Numbered from the stretch's first letter, positions 19,710 to 28,752 are shown. The stretch: DNA of 64,000 nt from Thermoanaerobaculia bacterium (GCA_963664405.1 OY761158.1:2688001-2752000); one strand, 5' to 3'. Notes: generated by a model not told the origin, from the letters alone. A program made the numbers and translations.

Positions 19710-21803
19710 CTACGCTTCACACTGCACCTCCTCCGTAGGGTTCGGTTCGACGTCGAGGCGGCGCCGTCGTTTCGAGAGTTTTCGGCCCTGCATTTTGACG
19801 GGCGGGTCGTCGCCGGGATGCTCGTAGAGGCACTCGTTCTTGTCGTTGTAGGCATGGGCACGCAGCAGGCCGTGGTTGCGCCATGTCTTCACCGTGTGGG
19901 TCGCGACACCCAGTAGGTCAGCCATCTCTTCGAGGGTAAGCATTCCCCCCTCACGCAGTCGGTCGTACCTCTTCTTGATGTCGTAGTCACGGCGCAGGCG
20001 CCGGACGATGCCGGCGTGAAATCGTTTGCCCTCTCCGGAGAGATGGCCTCTGTCGTTGAGGATGCTCGCAATCTCGGCCTCGGTGTAGTCATCAAGCAGG
20101 GTATCAATCTCGGCAACGACCTGTTTCGAGGTTTGGCGTAACTCCCATGCTGTCGGCGGAATGGGCAGTTTGAGACTTCGTGTCGCGCCACCTCGGAAGC
20201 GGACACCGACAACGATCTCGTCGCCCTTCGTCAAGGTGACGTCCTCGATGAGCAAGCGCACCATGCGCTTGCGCTCGCGTTGAGGCGTCTTCGGGTCGTT
20301 CCACAACCGCGGGAAGTCGGTGGCGAGGGCGAGGATCTCTTCTCGTTGCTGGTCGCCGAGCTGTTGGTGATCTTGCTGGCGGCGCTGCTCGAGCTCCTCC
20401 TGTGCGTCGTGCAGCCCGCGCAGCCTCTCGTTCCACTCGGCCTCGAGGACATCCACCACGAGGCGGTTCCCCGGATCGACCTCCATGAAGCGACGCCGAG
20501 CCAAGTCAGCCTCCTGTCGAGCTCGCTGTACGTGCTGGCGCCGCAGGGAATCGGCCTCGTGGATCCGTGCATCGAGCTCGACCTGGACTTTCAGTGCAAC
20601 CTCCAGAGTCACAGGCGTAACCGTCTCCACAAGCAGCTCTCCGATGGCCCGATCGATGCCCTTGCCCGGGATCGACTGACACTTGGGTGTCGCGGTGTCG
20701 ATGCCCTCGCGCTGGCAGACGTACTCGGGCCACTGAGTGCCCCTGCGCGTGTGATAGCGGACCGTCATCCGATGGCCACAAACGCCGCAGAGGACCAAGC
20801 CCTGCACCAGCGCTGGCCCCTCGCGCGGTGGGCTCTTACGCCGGTCTCGGCCGTGGGCCTGGGCGTTGTCTCGTAGTCGTCTCAGGTTTTCTTCGAATCG
20901 TTCCCAAGGAATGTAACCGGGGTGCGCGTCGAGCAACAGCGCGGTCCACTCCTCCCGCGGAAGCGACTTGACCTCGACGGTGCCGTTGACGCGCTTTTGC
21001 GTGTGAGTGCGACCGAAACAGAAAGCACCTGCGTAGCGGGGATTGTGCAGCACCCTCAGGACGCGCCAGTGGCGCAGCGACTCCCACAGCAGCTCTCCCT
21101 TGTGGGGGCCGAAGCGCGGCCGGCGCGGAAACCGCAAGCCTTGCTCGCGGAAGTGTTTGACCGTCGCCGAGGCCGAGCCCGTACGCTCGAAGGTCTCGAA
21201 CAGGTGCTCGAAGCTCCGTTGGACCTGGCCGTCGGGATCTAACACGACGTTGCCGGCCGGGTCGTAGAGTAGGCCGACGGGTAACGGGGTTTGCAGCGCA
21301 CCTCGGCGCGCCTGATTCAGAATGCCTCCGCGCAGCCGAGCCCGCATCACGTGAAGCTCCGCCTCGCTCATCGTGCCCTTGAGCCCGAGCAGAAGGCGAT
21401 CGTTGAAATCACTCGGGCTGTAGACCCCGTCCTCGTCAAGGATCAGCGTGTCGGTCAGCGCGCAGATCTCCAGCAGTCGATGCCAGTCCGTGCTATTGCG
21501 TGCCAGGCGCGAAACCTCCAGCCCGAGAACGATCCCGGCTCGGCCCATACCGACCTCGCCGACGAGCTTCTGAAAGCCCTCGCGGTCGACGCTGGAGGCT
21601 GCGGACTTACCCAGGTCCGAGTCGATCACGAGGACTCGCTCGATGGGCCATCCCATCGCCACCGCGCGCTCTCGCAACGCGTACTGCCGTCTCGTGCTCT
21701 CCGTATTCTCGAACACCTGGCGCACGGTCGACTGGCGAACGTACAGGTACGCATCGCGTCGCAGGTGGCTTGGGGTCACCTTCTGGTGGGCGCTTGCGCT
21801 CAT
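19710..21803 (-). CDS. Large serine recombinase (resolvase + recombinase + zinc ribbon + coiled coil + C-terminal HTH); resembles Rhizobium NGR234 Y4bA/Y4pH
   Basis: YLYVRQST, DLGKSA..DREGF, EVSRLARN, LHNPRYAG, HPGYI and CGVCG..M motifs. The Y4bA likeness is from recall. Confidence 0.93.
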   Translation of the reverse strand: MSASAHQKVTPSHLRRDAYLYVRQSTVRQVFENTESTRRQYALRERAVAMGWPIERVLVIDSDLGKSAASSVDREGFQKLVGEVGMGRAGIVLGLEVSRLARNSTDWHRLLEICALTDTLILDEDGVYSPSDFNDRLLLGLKGTMSEAELHVMRARLRGGILNQARRGALQTPLPVGLLYDPAGNVVLDPDGQVQRSFEHLFETFERTGSASATVKHFREQGLRFPRRPRFGPHKGELLWESLRHWRVLRVLHNPRYAGAFCFGRTHTQKRVNGTVEVKSLPREEWTALLLDAHPGYIPWERFEENLRRLRDNAQAHGRDRRKSPPREGPALVQGLVLCGVCGHRMTVRYHTRRGTQWPEYVCQREGIDTATPKCQSIPGKGIDRAIGELLVETVTPVTLEVALKVQVELDARIHEADSLRRQHVQRARQEADLARRRFMEVDPGNRLVVDVLEAEWNERLRGLHDAQEELEQRRQQDHQQLGDQQREEILALATDFPRLWNDPKTPQRERKRMVRLLIEDVTLTKGDEIVVGVRFRGGATRSLKLPIPPTAWELRQTSKQVVAEIDTLLDDYTEAEIASILNDRGHLSGEGKRFHAGIVRRLRRDYDIKKRYDRLREGGMLTLEEMADLLGVATHTVKTWRNHGLLRAHAYNDKNECLYEHPGDDPPVKMQGRKLSKRRRRLDVEPNPTEEVQCEA

Positions 21804-22087
21804 GCGTGGTTCTCCCGTACATGGCCGAGAGCCATCGCAGCCAACACGTTGATCAGATCCGCGCTCGTATCGTGAGGCAGCGCGGACGGCCTGGCTATCT
21901 CGGCGGACGGTGCCTGCGTCGGCGCGGGCATCTTGGACCCCTGTTCAACCCAAGCGGCCAGCCCTTGTCGCAGGAGAACGGCCAAGCCGAACCGAACCGA
22001 TAGGAGCTGCCGCTTCGCCGCATGTCCTCGGAGCTCCTCGTAGCGAGCGACATGGGCCGGAGCGTTCTGCTGGGGTGTCGCGCTCAT
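21800..22087 (-). CDS. Small accessory protein of the recombinase element (95 aa)
   Basis: ATGA overlaps with both neighbours; RYEELR...GLAVLLRQGLAAW. Confidence 0.8.
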   Translation of the reverse strand: MSATPQQNAPAHVARYEELRGHAAKRQLLSVRFGLAVLLRQGLAAWVEQGSKMPAPTQAPSAEIARPSALPHDTSADLINVLAAMALGHVRENHA

Positions 22088-22551
22088 GGCCGGCGTTTTT
22101 TTTCCTGGCGAGCCAGGGCTCGCTCAATGCTGCGCGGATGGATCGAGATGCCAAAGCGCTTCTGCACCCACTCGGCCAGGGCGGTTGCATCTGCGTCCGG
22201 CTCCCCCTCCAGCCTGTCGTGCAGGGCCTCGACGACCTCCTCGGATAGCTTGTGGGCGCGGCGCGGCCCCGGCTTTCTTGGCAGCAACGCGGGTAGGCCG
22301 CCTTCTTCGTAAACCACCTGGGCGTGGTAGAAGGATGGGCGCGACAACCCGAAGCTTGCCGCGCTCCGGCTCACCGTGTGTCTGTCCACCCGGACACGGC
22401 GCAGCATCTCGTACTTGACCTGCACGAGGTCTCGAGGGTCGAAGAACTCGCTCGAGGTGAACAAATCGTCCGAGACCTTCTCCGGCTGGGGATGAAGGCA
22501 CCCTCGTTGACGGAGGGCCTCGGCTTTCGGGTCGGGTCTGCGTCGCGGCAT
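22084..22551 (-). CDS. HTH protein of the recombinase element (155 aa)
   Basis: FFDPRDLVQVKYEMLR, FGLSRPSFY, GLPALLPRKPGP and HPRSIERAL motifs; RBS GAGGAG before MPRRR. Confidence 0.85.
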   Translation of the reverse strand: MPRRRPDPKAEALRQRGCLHPQPEKVSDDLFTSSEFFDPRDLVQVKYEMLRRVRVDRHTVSRSAASFGLSRPSFYHAQVVYEEGGLPALLPRKPGPRRAHKLSEEVVEALHDRLEGEPDADATALAEWVQKRFGISIHPRSIERALARQEKKRRP

Positions 22552-22766
22552 GATCGTCTCCTCATGGAATGTAATTCTAATTATACCTCTCATGGATCCT
22601 CTGTCAAGGGGTGTCCACCAAGAGAGTACCGATAGATCGTGCATTAAATTGGCCTATCTCTACACTCCTGGTCACACTCCGGCACTCTTCCCGACATAAT
22701 TGTGATTACATTCACGGCATAATCTCCTTTACGCACGGTGCCCCTCAACCGTCCTCACGCAGGTCT

Positions 22767-23059
22767 TCATCGCTCGCTCTCCCGGGTCAGCTTGGCGAGC
22801 TCGAGCAGGTCGGCCAAGCGGTACATCGATCTGCCTGCGGAGATGACAACCACGGGGTCCTCGGCCACCGCACTCGTCCAACGCGCTGGAAGGGAGCGTA
22901 GCTCCTCGCATTCATCCAGGTAGAAGACCCGGTCCTCGCCCCAGCACTGGCGATAGTGAGCCAGCTCGTACTCACGCCCCAACAGCGGGTGGAACGGATG
23001 GGTTACCCGAAAACGTCGTTGCTCACAATCTGTATCGGGTGCATTCGACCATCGAGCCC
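22767..23059 (-). CDS. DUF5372 / Y4bD-like small protein lacking its own start in the integrated state
   Basis: Open frame ...FRVTHPFHPLLGREYEL...WGEDRVFY...LPARWTS extends to the att junction; family assigned from recall. Confidence 0.75.
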
Positions 23060-23061
23060 AA

Positions 23062-23311
23062 TCCCTATGCTGAGCGCGTCATCGGCTCCATGCGGCGAGA
23101 ATGTCTCGATCACGTTATCGTGCTGAACGAGGCCCATCTCCGCCGGATTCTGCGTTCCTTCGTCACCTACTACCATCGCTCAAGAACCCATCTCTCCTTA
23201 GACAAGGATGCTCCTGAGGCACGAGAGGTGCAGGCTCCGAGGATGGGACGCGTGGTGGAGTTGCCCGAGGTCGGTGGGCTCCATCACCGGTACGAACGCC
23301 GGGCGGCGTAG
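23062..23311 (+). pseudogene. rve-type DDE transposase, 3' part
   Basis: PYAERVIGSMRRECLDH...YYHRSRTHLSLDKD...GGLHHRYERRAA. Confidence 0.9.
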
Positions 23312-23599
23312 TCATCCAGCGGGGTTTTCAGAGCCGTCGGGAATCTTGCTGCGTGTTCCGCTGCTACTCGGGAGGCGTGCTCTCGCACGTCGTCCCGTTA
23401 TTCGATTGCTGAGCCTCCACGCCGTTCACCCTGAACCTGCAGGCCCCGGAGAAAGTGCTGCCATCGTGTGCAAGATCCGGTGCGCCAAACGCCCGGACGG
23501 GTTTCTTGGTAGGCACACGTCGACCTCACTCACCGCGGCGCGACCTCCTGCTGATCTCTCTGTTCGCCGAGCCCCGAACCACGCAACACGGCGCAGAAG

Positions 23600-24061
23600 T
23601 TCACCTTCGCCCGCTTGGCAAGCGCGATACGATCGGTTGACCCGAAAAGGAAATCCCTATCCCTTTCCAAAAGAAGCGTATGGCTCTCGCCGATTGCGCC
23701 GGGACTGCACCAGAATGTCGATCGCATCGCCGTCGTCATCGACAGCCCGCCACAGATACTGCCGCCGCCCCTGGATCTTCGCGAAGACCTCGTCCAGATA
23801 CCAAAAGTCGCCCATGCCGCCGCGGCGGCCCCGCAACGGCCGAGCGTAGTCGATTCCGAACATCACACACCATGGCCGAATCGCCTCCTACGTCACCGTG
23901 ATATACCGTTCTGCGAGGTCTCGGAAGCTGAGACCGAAACGGTGATAGAGCCAGACGGCGTCACGGATGATTTCAGGGGGAAACCGGTATCCAAACGATA
24001 GCTGGGTGGTGGGTTCGCCATCGACGTACTCTGCCAGCCACGGCCTCAACTTGCCAGCGCC
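23600..24061 (-). pseudogene. Degenerate IS6-family element (frameshifted and truncated transposase, one TIR)
   Basis: GYRFPPEII.DAVWLYHRF, WYLDEVF..IQGRRQYLWRAVD fragments; TIR AACTTGCCAGCGCC at 24048-24061; left limit approximate. Confidence 0.85.
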
Positions 24062-24090
24062 GCTGCTGGCCAACCAACGAGACGGCACAA

Positions 24091-24597
24091 GTGGAGACAC
24101 TACCTTTGACTAACTCACTCGAATCCAGCATCGGAGCTCGCGGCTTTCATTTTGTTGCTTTGTGTTTCTGTCTAATTTTTCCCGCTTGTGCGTCGGCGCC
24201 TGTCGAGTGGGTAGACGTACCGCTGGCCGATAATGTCTACTTTGAAGCCAGTCCTGTTTATCAGACGGACCAGGTTGAAATTCCAGTTCCTGCCAATTCG
24301 GATCTCGAATACATGCTGGACATGAAACAAGGTCATTCAGTGTCCTATCAGTGGAGATCCACAGACATCTCGAATCCTGAACTTCTTCTTGCAGAATTTC
24401 ATGGTCACACGGTAAGAGATTCTGAAGAGCCTGGAAATGTCATGTTTTTCAAGCAAGGCCGTGGCGACACGTCAGATGGCTATCTGGTCGCGCCTTTTGA
24501 CGGTGTACATGGCTGGTATTTTTCGAACGAAACGGACACTGATATCCATATCGCTCTTTCACTGTCTGGTTTCTACACAATACCTGACCCTGAATAA
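24091..24597 (+). CDS. Putative lipoprotein (LEY...EFHGH...APFDGVHGWY family), AT-richer than flanks
   Basis: Hydrophobic leader ending FPAC; visibly lower GC; lies between IS6 ends. Confidence 0.6.
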   Translation: METLPLTNSLESSIGARGFHFVALCFCLIFPACASAPVEWVDVPLADNVYFEASPVYQTDQVEIPVPANSDLEYMLDMKQGHSVSYQWRSTDISNPELLLAEFHGHTVRDSEEPGNVMFFKQGRGDTSDGYLVAPFDGVHGWYFSNETDTDIHIALSLSGFYTIPDPE

Positions 24598-24658
24598 GCA
24601 CTTCTTCTGGGGGCTAGATGAAGGGACATCGATGTAGTCGCCTCAAGGGCGTCGAGGG

Positions 24659-24793
24659 GGCACTGTCAAGTTGAGTTGACGAATTCGCGGGTATCGTTAC
24701 GCCCGAGACGATTCTGCGCTGGTACAGAAGACTGATCGCGAAGAAGTACGACGGTAGCGCCCGAAGAGGTCGAGGACGACCGATGACGCCGGT
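24659..24793 (+). mobile_element. Orphan IS6 end followed by a fragment of another rve-type transposase
   Basis: GGCACTGTCAAGTT at 24659; then [28 protein letters not shown]. Confidence 0.7.
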
Positions 24794-25001
24794 TGTCAAC
24801 GCCGGATGAAAATGTCCCATTTGTGGCGGGTGAAAATGTCCCACTCGACTCCGGGATGACCGGTCCCGACTAGGTCGTCTTTCCTCCCTTCGATCTTCTG
24901 CGGGCTCTGGACGCCGGAGGGCGAGGCGAAGCCGAGCCCGTAGGCTCCAAGGAGGGCCCGTAGAAGATCGGCGTGTTCTCGCATGCGGTAGCTGTTTCGT
25001 C
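24794..25001. mobile_element. IS21-family terminal remnant
   Basis: Starts TGTCAACGCC and carries two TGAAAATGTCCCA direct repeats; cut by the adjacent IS6. Confidence 0.65.
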
Positions 25002-25805
25002 GGTACTGTCAGGTTGAGCCGATGGGTGGCAGAGTCGGCCCATGAAAAGCAGCACGCCCAGCTACCGCGGTCACCGGTTTCCGCCCGAGATCATCACTCA
25101 CGCAGTCTGGCTCTACCACCGCTTCTGCCTGAGCCTTCGCGACGTCGAGGATCTCTTGGCGGAGCGAGGAATCGTCGTCTCCTACGAGACCATCCGTCAA
25201 TGGTGCCGGAAGTTCGGCACGGAGTACGCCCGCAAGCTGAAGCGGCGAAGCGGCCGACTGGGTGACACCTGGTTCTTGGACGAGCTCTTCGTGACCATCC
25301 AGGGCAAGAGGCAGTACTTGTGGCGTGCCGTCGATCAGGATGGCGACGTCATAGACATCCTCGTGCAGCCACGCCGTGATCGAAAAGCAGCGGAACGCTT
25401 CTTCCGCAAGCTCTTGCAGGGCCAAGGGGCAGAGCCGGTGCTCCTGGTGACCGACAAGTTGAGGAGCTATGGCGCAGCGCACCGGACCACTATGCCCTCT
25501 GTCAGGCACGATACGAGCCAGTACGCCAACAACCGTGCCGAGGTCTCCCATCAGCCGACCCGGCAGCGAGAGCGACAGATGCGCCGCTTCAAGTCGCCCG
25601 GCCAGGCGCAGCGATTCCTCTCCGCTCACGCAGTCATCCAGAATCTGTTCCGGGTTGGGCGGCACCTCGTCAGCTCAGCCAACTACCGGACGCTGCGAGA
25701 TCGCTCCTTCGGCGTTTGGCGACAGGAGACGTGCGTCTGCTGAACTCGGAATCAAGGCCCGTCCGCGGCACAAGCTCGCACCGGCAGGATTAACTTGACA
25801 GTGCC
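25002..25805 (+). mobile_element. Intact IS6-family element
   Basis: TIRs GGTACTGTCAGGTT and AACTTGACAGTGCC. Confidence 0.93.
25042..25743 (+). CDS. IS6-family transposase (233 aa)
   Basis: HRFPPEII, WFLDE, YLWRAVDQDG, VTDKLRSY and NNRAEVSHQPTR motifs. Confidence 0.95.
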   Translation: MKSSTPSYRGHRFPPEIITHAVWLYHRFCLSLRDVEDLLAERGIVVSYETIRQWCRKFGTEYARKLKRRSGRLGDTWFLDELFVTIQGKRQYLWRAVDQDGDVIDILVQPRRDRKAAERFFRKLLQGQGAEPVLLVTDKLRSYGAAHRTTMPSVRHDTSQYANNRAEVSHQPTRQRERQMRRFKSPGQAQRFLSAHAVIQNLFRVGRHLVSSANYRTLRDRSFGVWRQETCVC

Positions 25806-25834
25806 CTGTTTCCCCTTGAAGGCGAAGGCCGGCT

Positions 25835-26299
25835 TTACTCTGTGCGCCCCCAGCCGGGCCCGAAATCGGACTTGTAGTTGGAGACCACGAGCCACGCACC
25901 GTCCTGTTTCACCCAGGCCCGAACATAGCGATACGAGTTGCCCTGGCCTACTCTGTGTCCGGTCTCGAAAACGTGGTTTTCATCCTGAACGAGGAACTTC
26001 TGGTCGGTGATCTTCGCGGGCCTGGGGTTCGCCGCGCTGCGGTTACCGCTACTGAACTCCGCGGCGAGTCTCTGCTTGCTTGGGGCGATCTTTCCGCTCC
26101 CGGCCCGGTTGATGGCCCCCCTGCCGACGTTGACGCCCACGTAGTTGTCGGCGGTCTGCTTCAGCCAGGTCTCAGCGTCGCCTGTGCCGACCGCGGTTTC
26201 TCTAGCCTGGGCAAGCGACTCGACCTCGGCCACCGGGTCCGACTCGGCAAGAGCCGGCACACTCATCGTGCATGTCAAGGCCACAACCAAGGCTCGCAT
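25835..26299 (-). CDS. Secreted NTF2-like (DUF4440/SnoaL-type) protein
   Basis: Signal peptide MRALVVAL...ALA; RYVRAWVKQDGAWLVV C-terminus; RBS GGAGGAGG. Confidence 0.7.
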   Translation of the reverse strand: MRALVVALTCTMSVPALAESDPVAEVESLAQARETAVGTGDAETWLKQTADNYVGVNVGRGAINRAGSGKIAPSKQRLAAEFSSGNRSAANPRPAKITDQKFLVQDENHVFETGHRVGQGNSYRYVRAWVKQDGAWLVVSNYKSDFGPGWGRTE

Positions 26300-26375
26300 T
26301 ACTCCTCCTCCCTCTCGGCCCAAGGAAGATCCGTTCACCGAGACTATACCGCAGACAGCTAGCAGCCTTCGGCTG

Positions 26376-26849
26376 GGTACTGTCAACTTGAACCTAGGGC
26401 TGCCAGAGTCGGCTCATGGACAACAGCGCATCCAGCTACCGAGGCCATCGCTTCCCAGCCGAGATCATCGGTCATGCCGTTTGGCTGTATCACCGGTTCT
26501 GCCTGAGCTTCCGAGACGTCGAGGATCTCCTGGCAGAGCGCGGCATCACCGTCTCATACGAGACGATCCGTCAGTGGTGCAGAAAGTTCGGTGGTGAGTA
26601 CGCGCGCACGCTGAAGCGCCAACAAGGCCGCCTCGGCGATACCTGGTACCTCGACGAGCTCTTCTCTGCAGCTGCGCACGCCCAAGGCCGTGGTTTGAGC
26701 AGTCTCCGCGTCGGACCAGCAGCCATGAGGATCCCTGAGAGATCGTTCCTTCCGCGTTTGGCGGCAGGTGACATGTGCCTACTGAATCCGAGCCGACCGA
26801 CCTTCGACCGCGCCACATCTCGCCTCGACGACGATAAGTTGACAGTACC
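26376..26849 (+). mobile_element. Internally deleted IS6 derivative (474 bp)
   Basis: Perfect 14-bp TIRs GGTACTGTCAACTT / AAGTTGACAGTACC; about 83 N-terminal codons plus a degenerate C-terminal remnant (LRDRSFRVWRQVTCAY). Confidence 0.88.
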
Positions 26850-27000
26850 TGCTGGCGGCTTCGGCACAGCTCTACGCGGCTTCGGTTGGCTGACGTCGCG
26901 CTTCGATCTCACCAAACCGGTCATCGCCGCCGTCAACGGCGTCGCAATGGGAGGCAGGTTCGAGATCGCCCTGGCCTGCGACCTCATCGTGGCGTCGCTC
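26850..27000 (+). pseudogene. Enoyl-CoA hydratase (crotonase) fragment
   Basis: DLTKPVIAAVNGVAMGG.FEIALACDLIVAS. Confidence 0.8.
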
Positions 27001-27024
27001 GATTCGGGCTCGTGGAACGCCCCC

Positions 27025-28062
27025 TCAGTCGGCGTCAGGGTTGTCGAGGCGGTGGTAGATCCGTGCTACGTTCGCCAGCCCCACGCCTACGTTTCGGATC
27101 GGAATCTCGGTGTGATTCGTCATATCGATGGTGGGGGCTGCTTCTTCGGCGCTGACGCCCGCCGCGTGCTTGGCCGACACCTTCTTCCACAGATCCCGGT
27201 AGTACGCCTGCACCAGATCGATCCGTCTGCGATCGGTGACCGGTTGACCGTGCCCCGGAACGAAGACGTCGAAGTCGAGCGCCTTGAGGTTCTCCAGAGT
27301 CTGGGGCCACTCGTCGACGTAGCCGTCACCGAGAAACGAAGGCCCGCTGAGCGCCATGTCGCCGGTGAAGACGAGTCGGTCCTGCGGGAAATAGACGGCG
27401 ACGTCGCCACCGGTGTGGGCACGGCCGAGAAAGATGATCTGGATCTCCCGGCTCCCTCGAAACAGCGTCAAACGCTTATTCAGGGTCACATCGGGAGGCA
27501 ACGGATCGACCTCTTCGAAGTCTTTGGCGTGAGCGGCGAACATCTCCAGGTAGGCCTGAAGCTCCGACTTCTTCTCGCCGTTCTCTTCCGCCGCGACCTG
27601 CTTTTCGAGGCGGGCGAGAGTCGCCTTGTTTCCAGCGAGGGTGCCTGTCCAGGTCGGCTCTTCGAGTGGTGCGCCCGCCATCTTCTTGCGGGTGAACTCG
27701 TGGCCGATGATAGGGATGCCGGGGAACGCTTGATTGCCGTCGGAGTGATCGAAGTGGAAGTGGGAGTTGATCAGCGTGGTCACGGGTTTCGGAGTCAACA
27801 CCGCGATCGAGGCGATGAGATCCCGCGCCTTTGAAGGCGTGATGTGGGAATCCACCAGCACGACATCGTCGTCGTTGACGATGACCAGTGCATTGCTGTT
27901 GAAGAACTGTGCCGTGGTCTGGGCCAGGTAGATCCCGTTGCGGACCTCCGTCAGCGTGTGGGTGTCCGTTGTGACCGGATCGGCAGCGCCGAGCAACCCG
28001 GCGGTCAGAATTGTGGTAGCCAGTATCGCCGTTGCGCGAAGCGTGAATCGAGTAGTCCTCAT
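27025..28062 (-). CDS. Secreted metallo-beta-lactamase-fold hydrolase
   Basis: NSHFHFDHSDGN, AHTGGD, FTGD and VPGHG motifs; signal peptide from MRTTRF (28062). Confidence 0.9.
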   Translation of the reverse strand: MRTTRFTLRATAILATTILTAGLLGAADPVTTDTHTLTEVRNGIYLAQTTAQFFNSNALVIVNDDDVVLVDSHITPSKARDLIASIAVLTPKPVTTLINSHFHFDHSDGNQAFPGIPIIGHEFTRKKMAGAPLEEPTWTGTLAGNKATLARLEKQVAAEENGEKKSELQAYLEMFAAHAKDFEEVDPLPPDVTLNKRLTLFRGSREIQIIFLGRAHTGGDVAVYFPQDRLVFTGDMALSGPSFLGDGYVDEWPQTLENLKALDFDVFVPGHGQPVTDRRRIDLVQAYYRDLWKKVSAKHAAGVSAEEAAPTIDMTNHTEIPIRNVGVGLANVARIYHRLDNPDAD

Positions 28063-28190
28063 GGAGAAGGAGTATGCACCAACTCGAATGCGATTTCTCA
28101 TGGTGAAGGGCGTTGGTGCATGAATCGACTTCGGCCCCGACGGTAGCATTGGCTCGGGATCCCGACCATTCATGGAGGGGGGGCGATGCC

Positions 28191-28752
28191 ATGGCCGCAC
28201 GCAAGTCGAGCCGAGTCAACCGCGAGTACAAGACGAAGTACAGAGTCCGGAACTGGAGGGAGTACGAGCGTGGCCTCAGGAGCCGTGGCGATGTCACGAT
28301 CTGGTTGAGCGAGGCGGCGATCGCCGCGTGGACGCCACCGAAGAACGGTCTCCGCGGGGGCCAACGACAGTACTCGAACCTCGCGATTCTGACTGCGTTG
28401 ACGCTGCGAGTCGTCTTCCGGCTGCCGCTTCGCCAGACCGAGGGATCCCTGGGCTCGCTGCTGAGCTTGATGGGCCTGGGCCTCAAGGCCCCGGACCACA
28501 CCACACTCTCGCGCCGGAACCAGGACGTTGAGGTGCCGCCCCTGATCCGAGCCCACGATGGCCCGATCCACCTGGTCGTCGACTCGACTGGGCTCAAGAT
28601 CCTGGGTTCTGGCGAGTGGAATGTGCATAGGTACAAGGCATCGAGGAAGCGCCGGGACTGGCGGAAGCTGCACATCGGAGTGGATGATGAGGGCTTTATC
28701 GTGGCGGCCGAGCTCACGGCGAGCAGCGAGGGCGACGCCTCCACGCTCCCTG
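28191..28752 (+). pseudogene. IS5-family transposase, 5' part
   Basis: YRVRNWREYE.GL..RG, LPLRQTEG, PDHTTLSRR, VDSTGLK and WRKLHIGVD motifs; joins 32149-32555 to give 322 aa. Confidence 0.9.

Larger units (their letters stand above)
19707..23061 (-). mobile_element. 3355-bp site-specific element carrying a large serine recombinase and three small genes
   Basis: An AA dinucleotide sits at both junctions (19705-06 and 23060-61). Removing the element restores TGG CAG AAT CCC TAT GCT GAG (WQNPYAE). Confidence 0.92.
18861..23517 (+). mobile_element. IS481/IS3-like (rve integrase-core) insertion sequence, interrupted by the recombinase element
   Basis: Imperfect TIRs TGTCCCTACCAGAAAC (18861) and GTTTCTTGGTAGGCACA (ends 23517); TGT...ACA ends; no target duplication seen. 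Confidence 0.75.

Noticed and set aside
18691-19827. 378-aa ORF as an intact transposase
   Set aside because: The true start is ATG 18931, and the last about 40 residues are antisense recombinase sequence beyond the att junction.
26416-27834. 472-aa ORF that looks like an IS6 transposase-crotonase fusion
   Set aside because: It is a chance read-through of an IS6 stump, the IS end, a crotonase fragment and the antisense strand of the MBL hydrolase gene.
27025-28062. Metallo-beta-lactamase as an antibiotic-resistance gene
   Set aside because: Only the generic HxHxDH fold is evident, and the helical insertion and length fit non-resistance hydrolases. Resistance cannot be claimed.
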